A stretch of 64,000 nt of DNA from Candidatus Bathyarchaeota archaeon (GTDB lineage: Archaea > Thermoproteota > Bathyarchaeia > Bathyarchaeales > Bathyarchaeaceae): contig CAVOMX010000014.1 of NCBI GenBank assembly GCA_963697165.1, positions 32,001 to 96,000 of the forward strand, read 5' to 3'. Position numbers and translations under genes: made by a program. Shown here piece by piece: positions 22,292 through 31,182 of this stretch (position 1 is its first letter; the number at the start of each line of letters is the position of its first letter). Under the pieces are notes generated by a model. It ran no database searches. It was given only the letters and a program-made list of their open reading frames with translations, and was not told where the DNA came from.

Positions 22292-23965
22292 CTAGATCAA
22301 CGCCTTCCGGTTTATAGAATTGTTTACGTCGTCAAGGCTCCAATGCCATTTCTGACCATTTTTGGTATCAATGAATGCCATACGGTCAGTGCAAGAAAAG
22401 CATGGGTCTAAGCTTCCCATCACAGAGGGAATATCAGCGATGTGGGCACCCCTAATTGCATCTGGAAATGCCATAAGGTTAGCTAAGGTTGGAGCTCTGA
22501 CCTTAACTCTGTAAGGATAGGCGGTTCCATCACTTTTAACATAATGGATAAGCTCGCCTCTCGGAGCCTCAACACGGCTAACAGCCTCACCTTCAGGTAT
22601 TTTTCGTTGAACCCTAACCCGCAAACGACCCCCTGGAATGTGACGAAGCGCATATTCTAGTATATCCAAGCTTTCCAGTACTTCTTCAGCTCGAACCATC
22701 AGCCGAGCCCATGTGTCACACTCCTTATAGCTCACTACATTGAAAGGAATTTCCCCATACGCCGCGTAAGGGTCATCTTTTCTGACATCAACAGCAATTC
22801 CTGACCCACGTGCAACAGGACCAACAACACATAATTTCAAAGCATCTGCTCTGTTCAATACGCCGACCCCTTCGGTTCTCATCCTCAATGTCGGGTCTTC
22901 ATCGAATACCTTCTTGTAGAAAGTCGCCCGTTTCCTGACATCTTTGACTGTCTTCAGAGTCTTCTCAATTGTACTTGGGTCTATATCTCGTCTTACTCCG
23001 CCGATTGTGTTGAACCCGCACATCAGTCGGTTTCCCGTGATTCGTTCGATTATATCCATTACAGGTTCTCTGTCACGCCACACATGCTGGAATAGTGCTT
23101 CAAAACCAAGCAGGTGACCGCCAACTCCAAGCAATAGGAGGTGACTATGAACTCTGTTTAGCTCATGTATAATAGTACGTAAGTATAATGCACGAGGCGG
23201 AGTCTCAATGTTTCCGATGTCCTCAACAGCTTGACAGAAGACAGTTGTGTGAGCAGCATTACAGATACCACAAATTCTCTCCACCAAAAACACGTCTTGG
23301 AAGTACATCATGCGCTCAGCCGCTTTCTCAATACCCCTATGAACATATCCAAGACGCGGCTCAACATCCACAACCGTTTCCCCATCAACTTTGAAGTTGA
23401 ATCTTTCTGGCTCATGCAAAACTGGATGCTGAGGCCCTACAACGACGTTAATTATCGACCCAGAATCATCTTCCGCTGATTCAGTCTGCGAAGCTTTCTC
23501 AGAACTGAAAGCAATTTCTTGGTTAACCGGAGGCTTCCAATCTTTTCTAAGAGGATAATTTCCTTGAGGCCAATTCTCAGGAAGCAACAACCTTTCCAGA
23601 TTTGGATGACCCTCAAAAGCGACTCCTAAGAGGTCAAAGACTTCCCGCTCATACAAATTTGCTCCGGGCAGGATGTCAGTAATCGTTTGGGTAACAGGGT
23701 TTTCTCGAGAAACACGGTTCTTGAGGGTTATGGTTCCCGCACAAGCCATGTGATAGTTTAACTCGATCTCGTTTCCTAAATCAACGCCACTTATTGTCGA
23801 AAGCTCCACGTCCTCAACTTGTGTTAGGAGCAACGAGATTGCATCTCTGTGACGTTCAGGTTTAAGAAGAATGTAGGCTTTCCTTGGCCTAGGGACTCTA
23901 CACTCGAGAATCGAATCAGCCAAATTATTCTTGAGAACTTCTACAGCATTTTCGAACGTGTTCAT
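22292..23965 (-). CDS. Fused NuoC-NuoD-like [NiFe] hydrogenase large subunit (group 4)
   Basis: NuoC part: YEREVFDLLG...GHPNL...YPLRKD. Large-subunit part: GPQHP, HRGIEK, intact metal motifs ERICGIC and DPCFSCTDR. Confidence 0.92.
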   Translation of the reverse strand: MNTFENAVEVLKNNLADSILECRVPRPRKAYILLKPERHRDAISLLLTQVEDVELSTISGVDLGNEIELNYHMACAGTITLKNRVSRENPVTQTITDILPGANLYEREVFDLLGVAFEGHPNLERLLLPENWPQGNYPLRKDWKPPVNQEIAFSSEKASQTESAEDDSGSIINVVVGPQHPVLHEPERFNFKVDGETVVDVEPRLGYVHRGIEKAAERMMYFQDVFLVERICGICNAAHTTVFCQAVEDIGNIETPPRALYLRTIIHELNRVHSHLLLLGVGGHLLGFEALFQHVWRDREPVMDIIERITGNRLMCGFNTIGGVRRDIDPSTIEKTLKTVKDVRKRATFYKKVFDEDPTLRMRTEGVGVLNRADALKLCVVGPVARGSGIAVDVRKDDPYAAYGEIPFNVVSYKECDTWARLMVRAEEVLESLDILEYALRHIPGGRLRVRVQRKIPEGEAVSRVEAPRGELIHYVKSDGTAYPYRVKVRAPTLANLMAFPDAIRGAHIADIPSVMGSLDPCFSCTDRMAFIDTKNGQKWHWSLDDVNNSINRKALI

Positions 23966-23971
23966 AGTTTG

Positions 23972-24385
23972 CTATCCCTTCAATTTTCCAAGTAATTTCG
24001 CGACACCCTGCACTATTGCTTCGGGTTTTGGAGGACACCCCGGAATATAAACATCAACAGGAATTATCTCATCGAGACGCTTACTCACACCGTAACATCC
24101 TTGAAATATTCCTCCGGAACAGGCGCAGGCTCCTATTGCTAGAACAAATTTTGGTGAGGGCATTTGCTGATAAATCATCTCGAGTCGTGGTGCACACTGC
24201 TTAGTAACAACTCCGGTTACCACAAGAACGTCTGCATGACGAGGTGAGGGCTCAAGTTTCACACCGAAACGTTCAACATCGTATCTGGGCGTCAGCAGCG
24301 CAACAACTTCAATATCGCATCCATTGCATGCTCCGGTATTGAAGTGAAGCAGCCATGGCGAGTTTATTCTAGCCCATTTCACCAA
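23972..24385 (-). CDS. NuoB-like hydrogenase small subunit
   Basis: GACNGCDIE (CxxC, hydrogenase type), SPRHAD, GACA, IPGCPP. Confidence 0.92.
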   Translation of the reverse strand: MVKWARINSPWLLHFNTGACNGCDIEVVALLTPRYDVERFGVKLEPSPRHADVLVVTGVVTKQCAPRLEMIYQQMPSPKFVLAIGACACSGGIFQGCYGVSKRLDEIIPVDVYIPGCPPKPEAIVQGVAKLLGKLKG

Positions 24386-24402
24386 GCCTAAGTCTGGCGT
24401 CT

Positions 24403-24726
24403 TTAGTAGCCTCCCATAAGCAGTAGGTCTGCTGCTAAAATTATACCCAAATAAATTAACAAAGAGAAGGGGTTGATAATCTCTAGAGCTAAGGCTGCAA
24501 AAGCCAATATCAACGCAGGGGAGTCTATTATAACAAAGAATATGAGGTACTTATAGAGAGTAACATTAACCAACAGCCTTTTTGAGAACACTTTTTCTCC
24601 ACATGCATACATTGCGCTTTTTTCTTCGTTAGCAGGAGATTTTTTTGTTAACAAGCCGCTGGACAAGTAAATCAATGAAGCAATGAACAAGATAATTAGA
24701 AAAGCAACAAGAGACTCTACAAGCAA
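24403..24726 (-). CDS. NuoA-like subunit
   Basis: YACGE loop motif, YLIFFVIID, three TM helices, first gene of the operon. Confidence 0.82.
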   Translation of the reverse strand: MLVESLVAFLIILFIASLIYLSSGLLTKKSPANEEKSAMYACGEKVFSKRLLVNVTLYKYLIFFVIIDSPALILAFAALALEIINPFSLLIYLGIILAADLLLMGGY

Positions 24727-25248
24727 AACTTATTCTCACCCATTCAGAAAGACTGTAATGTATATTCAGCATCTATCACTGGAATCATGTTTACTACGTT
24801 TATAGCATTTATCGGTCTTCGTGCCTCAAAATGTTGTTTCGATTTCAGTTGGGACAAACAGCAAGCTAACAAGACAGCTAAAACCGACGAGTTGGTAAAT
24901 GTGAAAAGCATTAGTTTTGTATGCGTTTCTGAATACCTCCGCCTTTGAGACGGGAAGTAAAAACTTAGGATTTAAGGATTCCGTATAATAAAATAGAACT
25001 AAAATAAAAAATTATATTCAATTAAATATAATTAAGTTCATTTGTTGCATATAAGCTTTTTTTGCGTACACATGAACATCCACTAGGAAATCCTGAAGAA
25101 CCAAAATCAGAAAAGCACATAGACTAACACCGAACAAAACCACACAAAATAATAAAAGAAGGGGGTAACAAAAAAATTCAAAAAATCAAGTTGGTTCAGC
25201 GTTTTATCTCTTCTAGAATGTTATTTTCCGAGCACTAGCCCGTAGTGG

Positions 25249-26037
25249 CTAATTTGAAAGAGATTCAATCACACCTTTCATTGCTTTGGTGTTGTGCATA
25301 AACTCTAATTTGATTGGCGTAACAGATACACAATTACCATTCTTGATGGCATGTAAATCCGTTCCTGGTTCTCCGTCGGGATAGTGTCTTAACGCCCAGC
25401 TTTTGATTCTGTATCCATTCTTTACTTTTGTGTGTATGTCGCCGTAACCATCATAACACAAACTTGTAAGTTTTACATTCTTGCAGTCAGCGTTTTCTGG
25501 CACATTTATCGAGATAATGTCCACGTCCGGCGGCATCCCCTCTTCTATCACATGTTTAGCGGCTTTATAGCCCAAAGAGGCAGCTAGTTCCAAGTCCGTC
25601 ACCGATACTTTATTTTTCTCAGGGGATTTATCGGTGATTTCGGATATACAATAAGAAACGGCGATGGCGGGTATGTTGTGAATAGCGGCTTCAAAGGCGG
25701 CTCCGACAGTGCCTGAAGTCAGCACGTCATCTATTCCAAGGTTTGGACCTATGTTTATTCCGGACACAAGCAAGTCCGGCATCCTTTTCATGATTTTGTT
25801 CACTGCTAATAGAAAAGAGTCGGCTGGTGTACCTGTTATTGCGTAAGCTTTTGTTCCGTCTCCAAAACTAGCCTCTGATATTTTCACTTGACCGATACTG
25901 ATGGCTTTTCCGACACCGCTCCTTTCGTCTCCTGGAGTAACAACTATCACATCTCCCAGTTTTTTTAGTTGTTTTACGAGAATGGATAAGCCAATAGAGT
26001 TGATTCCGTCGTCGTTGATTACTAGGATTGTCGGCAA
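25249..26037 (-). CDS. surE: 5'/3'-nucleotidase SurE
   Basis: ILVINDDG, GTPAD, SGINIGPNLG, SGTVGAA. Confidence 0.95.
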   Translation of the reverse strand: MPTILVINDDGINSIGLSILVKQLKKLGDVIVVTPGDERSGVGKAISIGQVKISEASFGDGTKAYAITGTPADSFLLAVNKIMKRMPDLLVSGINIGPNLGIDDVLTSGTVGAAFEAAIHNIPAIAVSYCISEITDKSPEKNKVSVTDLELAASLGYKAAKHVIEEGMPPDVDIISINVPENADCKNVKLTSLCYDGYGDIHTKVKNGYRIKSWALRHYPDGEPGTDLHAIKNGNCVSVTPIKLEFMHNTKAMKGVIESLSN

Positions 26038-26253
26038 AGTGATTCCTCAGTTTGCTTTAGATACGATGTTCCGTTATTTTAGGGTATTCTTGCGTCCAGG
26101 AGAGTTTTCTTTTTATTGTGTAATTGTTTTTGTCGTGATTGGCATTCTAGTGTATATGTTGTCCAGTGGACATATATCGGTTTTTGTTACATATTATCGA
26201 ATGAAATAGTGTATATTAAGTAATAAGATATAGATATGTAGTAGGGTAGAACA

Positions 26254-26751
26254 ATGGAACAATTGAACAGAAGAACAACAGTAACAAAACCAACACCCAT
26301 ATTCACAACTAACTGGTACCTATACAAAACACACTTACACCCAATCTCCGCAAAACCACAAGAACAAAAAACTGGAACAAAAACCAACAGTTACAGGACA
26401 AAAAGAAAAAATAATGAAGATCAAAAAAACAACATTCATCAAAAAACAACTAATTTTGAAGAACTTTTGCTAAAAGCAATAGATGAAGGACTCTCTGTAA
26501 TCGGAGAATCAGCAAAAAAAATAGTCTACATCTATTTAGAAAAAAATTTCAAAATGAACAGACTAGACATACCACACAGAATTGACGAATTCACCAGAGC
26601 TATCGAAAGTATCTTTGGAAACGGAGCGAAAATACTTGAGATACAAATAATGAAAAGTCTCTTCAACAAAGTGGGTCACACAGTCAAACAGTATTCGGGA
26701 CAAAAGAACCTAACATTTATCGAATACATAGCAGCGATCAAATTGGAATAA
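26254..26751 (+). CDS. Small helical protein, DUF3227/NitrOD5-like domain (start uncertain)
   Basis: C-terminal LLKAIDEGLSVIGESAKKIVYIYLEKNF...FTRAIESIFGNGAKILE pattern. The N-terminus is low-complexity and A-rich. Confidence 0.55.
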   Translation: MEQLNRRTTVTKPTPIFTTNWYLYKTHLHPISAKPQEQKTGTKTNSYRTKRKNNEDQKNNIHQKTTNFEELLLKAIDEGLSVIGESAKKIVYIYLEKNFKMNRLDIPHRIDEFTRAIESIFGNGAKILEIQIMKSLFNKVGHTVKQYSGQKNLTFIEYIAAIKLE

Positions 26752-26883
26752 TAGAACCGCCCAAACACCAATAAGCAACAGTCAAACTAAAATCGCAAAA
26801 AAACGGGCAAAAACAACAACTACACGCAGATACCAGAGAAAAACAAAAACCTCAAAAGCAAATACATATTGCATTTGCAATAA

Positions 26884-26895
26884 CTTTATATTATA
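26884..26895 (+). promoter_or_regulatory. TATA-box-like element upstream of the candidate ncRNA
   Basis: CTTTATATTATA about 25-30 nt upstream of a GC-rich structured segment. Confidence 0.4.
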
Positions 26896-26918
26896 TGATG
26901 CTTTTTGACGCTCTTGAT

Positions 26919-27032
26919 GGATGGTGAGGGGACAACGAGAAAATACCCCCTGTTCTCCATTCGCCAAGAGACATACCCTCTCCTTGTGCGATCGACGGTG
27001 CATATGCGCGCATGCGCCATGTCCCCCCATCC
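26919..27032 (+). ncRNA. Candidate structured ncRNA (four-way junction, 114 nt)
   Basis: GC-rich island in an AT-rich intergenic region. A 13-bp closing stem with a UGA bulge encloses three internal hairpins; upstream TATA-like element. Confidence 0.55.
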
Positions 27033-27090
27033 TTAGTTCTGGCATAAAACTACAGATAAAAAAGAGAATTAATGATAGAATGAACGACCG

Positions 27091-27390
27091 TTAGATTATT
27101 ACGGTTCTACGGATTTTGAAGCCATCAAACACTCCAGTGTATTCTTCCCATTTTATATCTATCTTCAAAACTCGGGCGCCTGAAGGTCCAAGTCCACAAA
27201 AATCAATCAGCTGCTCCACATCTCCTTTCTCCCCCTCAAAGATTGCTTCCACTCTACCATCAGATGCGTTTCGAACCCAACCTGCAACGCTTCTTTTCAG
27301 AGCCTCACAGCGAGTTTCCACCCTAAAGAATACTCCTTGAACCATACCGCTTACAAAGATATGGGCTCTAACATTCATGTTTCTCATCAA
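27091..27390 (-). CDS. acyP: Acylphosphatase
   Basis: VSGMVQGVFFR, GWVRNASDGRVEA, GPSGARV. Confidence 0.93.
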   Translation of the reverse strand: MMRNMNVRAHIFVSGMVQGVFFRVETRCEALKRSVAGWVRNASDGRVEAIFEGEKGDVEQLIDFCGLGPSGARVLKIDIKWEEYTGVFDGFKIRRTVII

Positions 27391-27452
27391 GCAGTAGCAA
27401 CTTAAACATATTTAACTAGCAGGCAAGAAGATTAAAAGTAAATAAGATTGTG

Positions 27453-27791
27453 TTAAGATGTTTTTTTGAAGTTTATAGATTGCCCTGATAGATCTACCTC
27501 GTAAATTTGATTCACATCAAAGTCTATACCAAACCTTTCATATTCACTCTCAGTTAGAAACAAAATCATTTTCGGGATAGCAAACTGAGTTGCTTGGGTA
27601 GCAAGCATTGGGAGTTGCTGCTGTAGACTTTTCATAACCTCCTGAACCATTTGTGCCTCTTCTGTTGCAGGTCTAACCGCAAACCGGGGAATAACCCGAT
27701 CTTCAATAAGCTCGATCCGTTTACCAAGGTTACCTTCAGGATCTTTGATAGATTCAATCTTCTGAACCCTGACACGTGTCACAATAACCAC
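27453..27791 (-). CDS. Arcadin-1-like protein
   Basis: DPEG...KRIELIEDR and PKMILFLTESEYE patterns resemble Arcadin-1, recalled from memory and not searched. Confidence 0.55.
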   Translation of the reverse strand: MVIVTRVRVQKIESIKDPEGNLGKRIELIEDRVIPRFAVRPATEEAQMVQEVMKSLQQQLPMLATQATQFAIPKMILFLTESEYERFGIDFDVNQIYEVDLSGQSINFKKTS

Positions 27792-27831
27792 TTCACATAC
27801 CCAGTAGAATCCCAGAAGCCTTTATACATTT

Positions 27832-28225
27832 CTTAACTAGAAGATACTCATTCCATCTCAGCAGTTTTGCTCAAGACCCTGTAGAAGATTTCCCTGAATT
27901 TTTCCCGCTTTTCTTCAGCATCTCAGGATCCCGCAACTCCTTCATTTCACTTAAGAAACGTTCCTGCGAATTCACCAATTCATAGGTAAATTCAGGGGAG
28001 GCTGAGACAATATCTGTGCAACAATTTCAGGTTCTCCGTCTCGCATGAAGACTGTGTCAAGGATGAGACATAGAAGATTATTACTAGAGCACAGTTTGTG
28101 AGTACGGCATATATTGTGTTTTCTACACATCCTGAAACTGCTATGAGGGCTCGTTATTCTATGACAATTTTCTTGACGGCTTTTGTCTGCAGTTCCCCAA
28201 AGTTTTTCGGATCAAATTGCTTCAA
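27832..28225 (-). pseudogene. Truncated, degraded GMP synthase ATPPase subunit (guaAB) fragment
   Basis: Manual translation: MKQFDPKNF...E*RALIAVSGCVENT...LILDTVFMRDGEPE...QERFL...DAEEKREKFREIFYRVL. In-frame stop, frameshifts, degenerate SGGVDS motif; not in the ORF track. Confidence 0.75.
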
Positions 28226-28677
28226 GGTTCTGCACAGCCCTCTGAAAGTAGTTGGTGTGCCATTTTTTCTGTTAGGTACATGCCCATCTGGGGCATTCTT
28301 TCTTTTCTGATAATTTTTGCCATTGCTTTTGTTGTGACAGGTTTTGTGAGTTCCTTTAGGTTTCTGAACCTAACGAAGGTAGCTTTTTTTCTTCCCTGCA
28401 GAAAATCTTGATATTCGTCATATGAGTTTAGTAAAGATTCATGTCCAAGAGATTTCCAGAGGTCTTTAGCGTTTCCGGTGACTCGTTCAATGAATTCTGC
28501 ATATCCTTGGATTTCTTTTCGGGGATGTGTCACATAGAAGAAAAGTTGTTTTGCATTTTTAGGGCCTACTACTCCTCTGCGGACAAAGGCGTGGATGGGC
28601 TTTCCTGTTCGACTTTGGTTGCATAATCGGGTCCAAAATTTTTCTAGATTCAAGACGATGAAAGCATATTTTTTCAA
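28222..28677 (-). CDS. PUA/EVE/ASCH-like domain protein (DUF365-like)
   Basis: LFFYVTHPRKEIQGYAEF...DLW...F.NLKEL.KPV pattern typical of PUA-fold nucleic-acid binders. Confidence 0.6.
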   Translation of the reverse strand: MKKYAFIVLNLEKFWTRLCNQSRTGKPIHAFVRRGVVGPKNAKQLFFYVTHPRKEIQGYAEFIERVTGNAKDLWKSLGHESLLNSYDEYQDFLQGRKKATFVRFRNLKELTKPVTTKAMAKIIRKERMPQMGMYLTEKMAHQLLSEGCAEP

Positions 28678-28986
28678 CTTTTTTCACACACCCTCTGAAT
28701 TTATTGCTAATTATTTACATTCTTTATCTTTATAAACAAAAGAGGCAAAAAACATGAGATAATGGTCAATACTAGACAGAAAAGAACCTTGTTCCCAACT
28801 AACACAGAATAAGGGTTTCCTGAGGTCGAAACTGTTAAGTTATTTGTCATGGATGTAAAACTAGATGTTTAGGCTTACCTCCAAGAAGATTTGCTATACA
28901 CAGAAACATAGAAAAGTAACCCAACACGTTTGATAAAATCGGTTTAGAAGAAATTATTTTTATAATCAGACGTGAGTTGATAAATT

Positions 28987-29394
28987 TTGGAAGCTGTTGG
29001 CGTTGTTGTTGCAATAGTTACAAGGGGAAACAAGTTTTTGGTTGAACGCCGTCGATGGGATGAAAGGATTGACCCAGGTATAGTATGCTTGCCCGCGGGT
29101 CATGTTAAACCCAACGAAAGCCTAGAGGAAGCATTGAAAAGGGAGATGATGGAGGAGCTGGGTATCCAAGTTAAGGAGATACAGTTTGTATGCAAGAACT
29201 TCTATGTTGCAAGTAACGGCGAGAGACAGAATGCATATTGTTACCGTATTATTGACTTCGAAGGGGAACCCGTCTGTAAAGAGGCTGAAAATATTTTCTG
29301 GGAAGACGAAATCAATAAGATGAGTTTAGATGTTGACAGGAAGACACTTGAAAAAATGAGAGAAATCCAAAAAGAATTAGGTCAAGACGAATAA
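28987..29394 (+). CDS. NUDIX hydrolase
   Basis: PAGHVKPNESLEEALKREMMEELG Nudix box. Confidence 0.9.
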   Translation: MEAVGVVVAIVTRGNKFLVERRRWDERIDPGIVCLPAGHVKPNESLEEALKREMMEELGIQVKEIQFVCKNFYVASNGERQNAYCYRIIDFEGEPVCKEAENIFWEDEINKMSLDVDRKTLEKMREIQKELGQDE

Positions 29395-29428
29395 ACGACT
29401 AAACTGGACACCGAGGGAAAATTCAAAA

Positions 29429-30001
29429 GTGGACAATGACAGAAAAATGGAAAAACTGGCCAAGCCTCTGAAACAAACTTCAGAAAGTCTAAATGCAAAC
29501 GCCGCCGTTGTTGTGCTTTTGAGAGCAGCAGGTCAGGCCTTTCATGTCTTATTGGTGAAAAGAGCAGAAAACCCAACAGATAAATGGTCAGGACAGACTG
29601 CGTTCCCTGGAGGAAAACGAAATCCTGAAGACATAGACATCAAGGCAACTGTTGTTAGGGAAACTTCGGAGGAAACCAGCATAAATCTTCTGGAGGACTG
29701 CCGTTTTCTGGGAACAATGGAGCCTCTGAGCTCAGTAGAGAAACCTGAGATGAAAATTCTTCCATTCATTGTCATGCAGGAAAAGGAACAGGCAATAAAA
29801 CTGAACCATGAGTTAACGGAATACTTCTGGACCCCACTAAAAGAACTTGGCAGTAATAATGGAACAACCAAGTTGAGTCTCGGAGAATTCCCCGCCTACA
29901 AAATAGGTAAACATGTTATCTGGGGATTAACATACAATATTTTACATAACCTTCTTTCATTACTATCAGATATCGAGAAAGAAGAGTCAAAAGAAAACTA
30001 A
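29429..30001 (+). CDS. NUDIX hydrolase, CoA pyrophosphatase family
   Basis: AAV, WSGQTAFPGGK, RETSEE, IWGLT. Confidence 0.88.
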   Translation: MDNDRKMEKLAKPLKQTSESLNANAAVVVLLRAAGQAFHVLLVKRAENPTDKWSGQTAFPGGKRNPEDIDIKATVVRETSEETSINLLEDCRFLGTMEPLSSVEKPEMKILPFIVMQEKEQAIKLNHELTEYFWTPLKELGSNNGTTKLSLGEFPAYKIGKHVIWGLTYNILHNLLSLLSDIEKEESKEN

Positions 30002-30045
30002 TTATTGTCATGGAAGGTATTCCAGTTTTTACTGGACAATACTGG

Positions 30046-31149
30046 TTATTTTTTGAAACTTTTGGTGGCATTAGAAACGCGTCTCAAGCACTCAAGTGCA
30101 TTCTCGTATGTTGGGTATCCCTTTAGTCCACATTCAGGCCCAGCATATAGAACCCTGTCTGCACCAAACCGCTCAACCACTTTAACCAGCCGATTCTTCA
30201 TTGTCACTACACTTTCCAGAAATATCTCTGGATCAACTGTTCCATTGTTCATGCAGGTCCAAGCGTCAGCAATCTGTTCGTTTGTATCTGATTCAGCCAG
30301 TTTTTTGTCTGGCGAATTTGTAATGATTCTTTTTTTGATCAATGCATCGAAGTCGTTAACGGTTATACTAGCCTTCAGAAACTTGTCTCTTGATTCTAGC
30401 AGTTCTCCAGTTTTCTTCATCTGGTGGAGGGGGTCATCAACATGCGAATCAATAATTTGTAAGGATTTTACATCCCAGAAAAGAGGGTTTGCTGTACTGT
30501 GAAGATGCATCATTGTCTGGGCGTTCTTGGATTTGACTTTATGACAAATGGACTCCCAAGTGCTTCGAAGGTTTTCTCTTCCTTCGGAACCAAAGTCGAT
30601 TAATTGGTCATCAAGCAACCCGAAGAGTGGCTCATCAATTGAAACCAAGCTTGTTTTGCCGTGTTTGTTGTTGAAAAGGGTGTTTTCCAAGATTTGGGAG
30701 ATGACGCTTCCGAGTCTGCTGAAGATACTTTTGTTTCTGTAAGAAAAGAAGGAGGCGAGTGTGTATGGTCCTGTGACACAAACCCTGACTTCGAAGGGTT
30801 CTCCCGTCTTTTCCTGAATCATTTGTGAGTTCTTTTCGATAGCTAGAACTTCAGGCATCTGACGTTTATCGGTCTTCAAAGAAGGAATCTTTGTTTCCAA
30901 GTAGCCTCCCGTAGTTTTTTCTAGCCCATTCATCATCGACATAAACATCGCGTTCATGTCTCTGAATTGAGGATAATTTGGAACATCGATGCTAACTCGG
31001 ATTTTGTCGAGAAAACTTTCAATCACACATTTCTCGAAATATTCGGCTAACTCGTCTGTTCGTTGGAGACTGAAACGTTTTGCTCCCTCCAAAAACTTTG
31101 CAGAATCACCCACAACTGGTAAGCTACCTGAATCGCACGATTTTATCAT
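30046..31149 (-). CDS. Single-barrel cobalamin-independent methionine synthase/URO-D superfamily protein
   Basis: GSLP, VTGPYTL, SIDEP, HLH, GPECGL motifs. Confidence 0.72.
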   Translation of the reverse strand: MIKSCDSGSLPVVGDSAKFLEGAKRFSLQRTDELAEYFEKCVIESFLDKIRVSIDVPNYPQFRDMNAMFMSMMNGLEKTTGGYLETKIPSLKTDKRQMPEVLAIEKNSQMIQEKTGEPFEVRVCVTGPYTLASFFSYRNKSIFSRLGSVISQILENTLFNNKHGKTSLVSIDEPLFGLLDDQLIDFGSEGRENLRSTWESICHKVKSKNAQTMMHLHSTANPLFWDVKSLQIIDSHVDDPLHQMKKTGELLESRDKFLKASITVNDFDALIKKRIITNSPDKKLAESDTNEQIADAWTCMNNGTVDPEIFLESVVTMKNRLVKVVERFGADRVLYAGPECGLKGYPTYENALECLRRVSNATKSFKK

Positions 31150-31182
31150 TAAACTATCTCCCTCACTTTTCTTGTCTTCCTT

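Noticed and set aside
15017..24726. NADH or F420H2:quinone oxidoreductase (true Nuo/Fpo)
   Set aside because: The large subunit retains all four NiFe-binding cysteines and the small subunit has CxxC rather than tandem CC; no NuoEFG is present.
26782..27045. 87-aa minus-strand ORF
   Set aside because: No recognisable motifs. It overlaps the GC-rich structured segment and low-complexity sequence, and is better explained as ncRNA.
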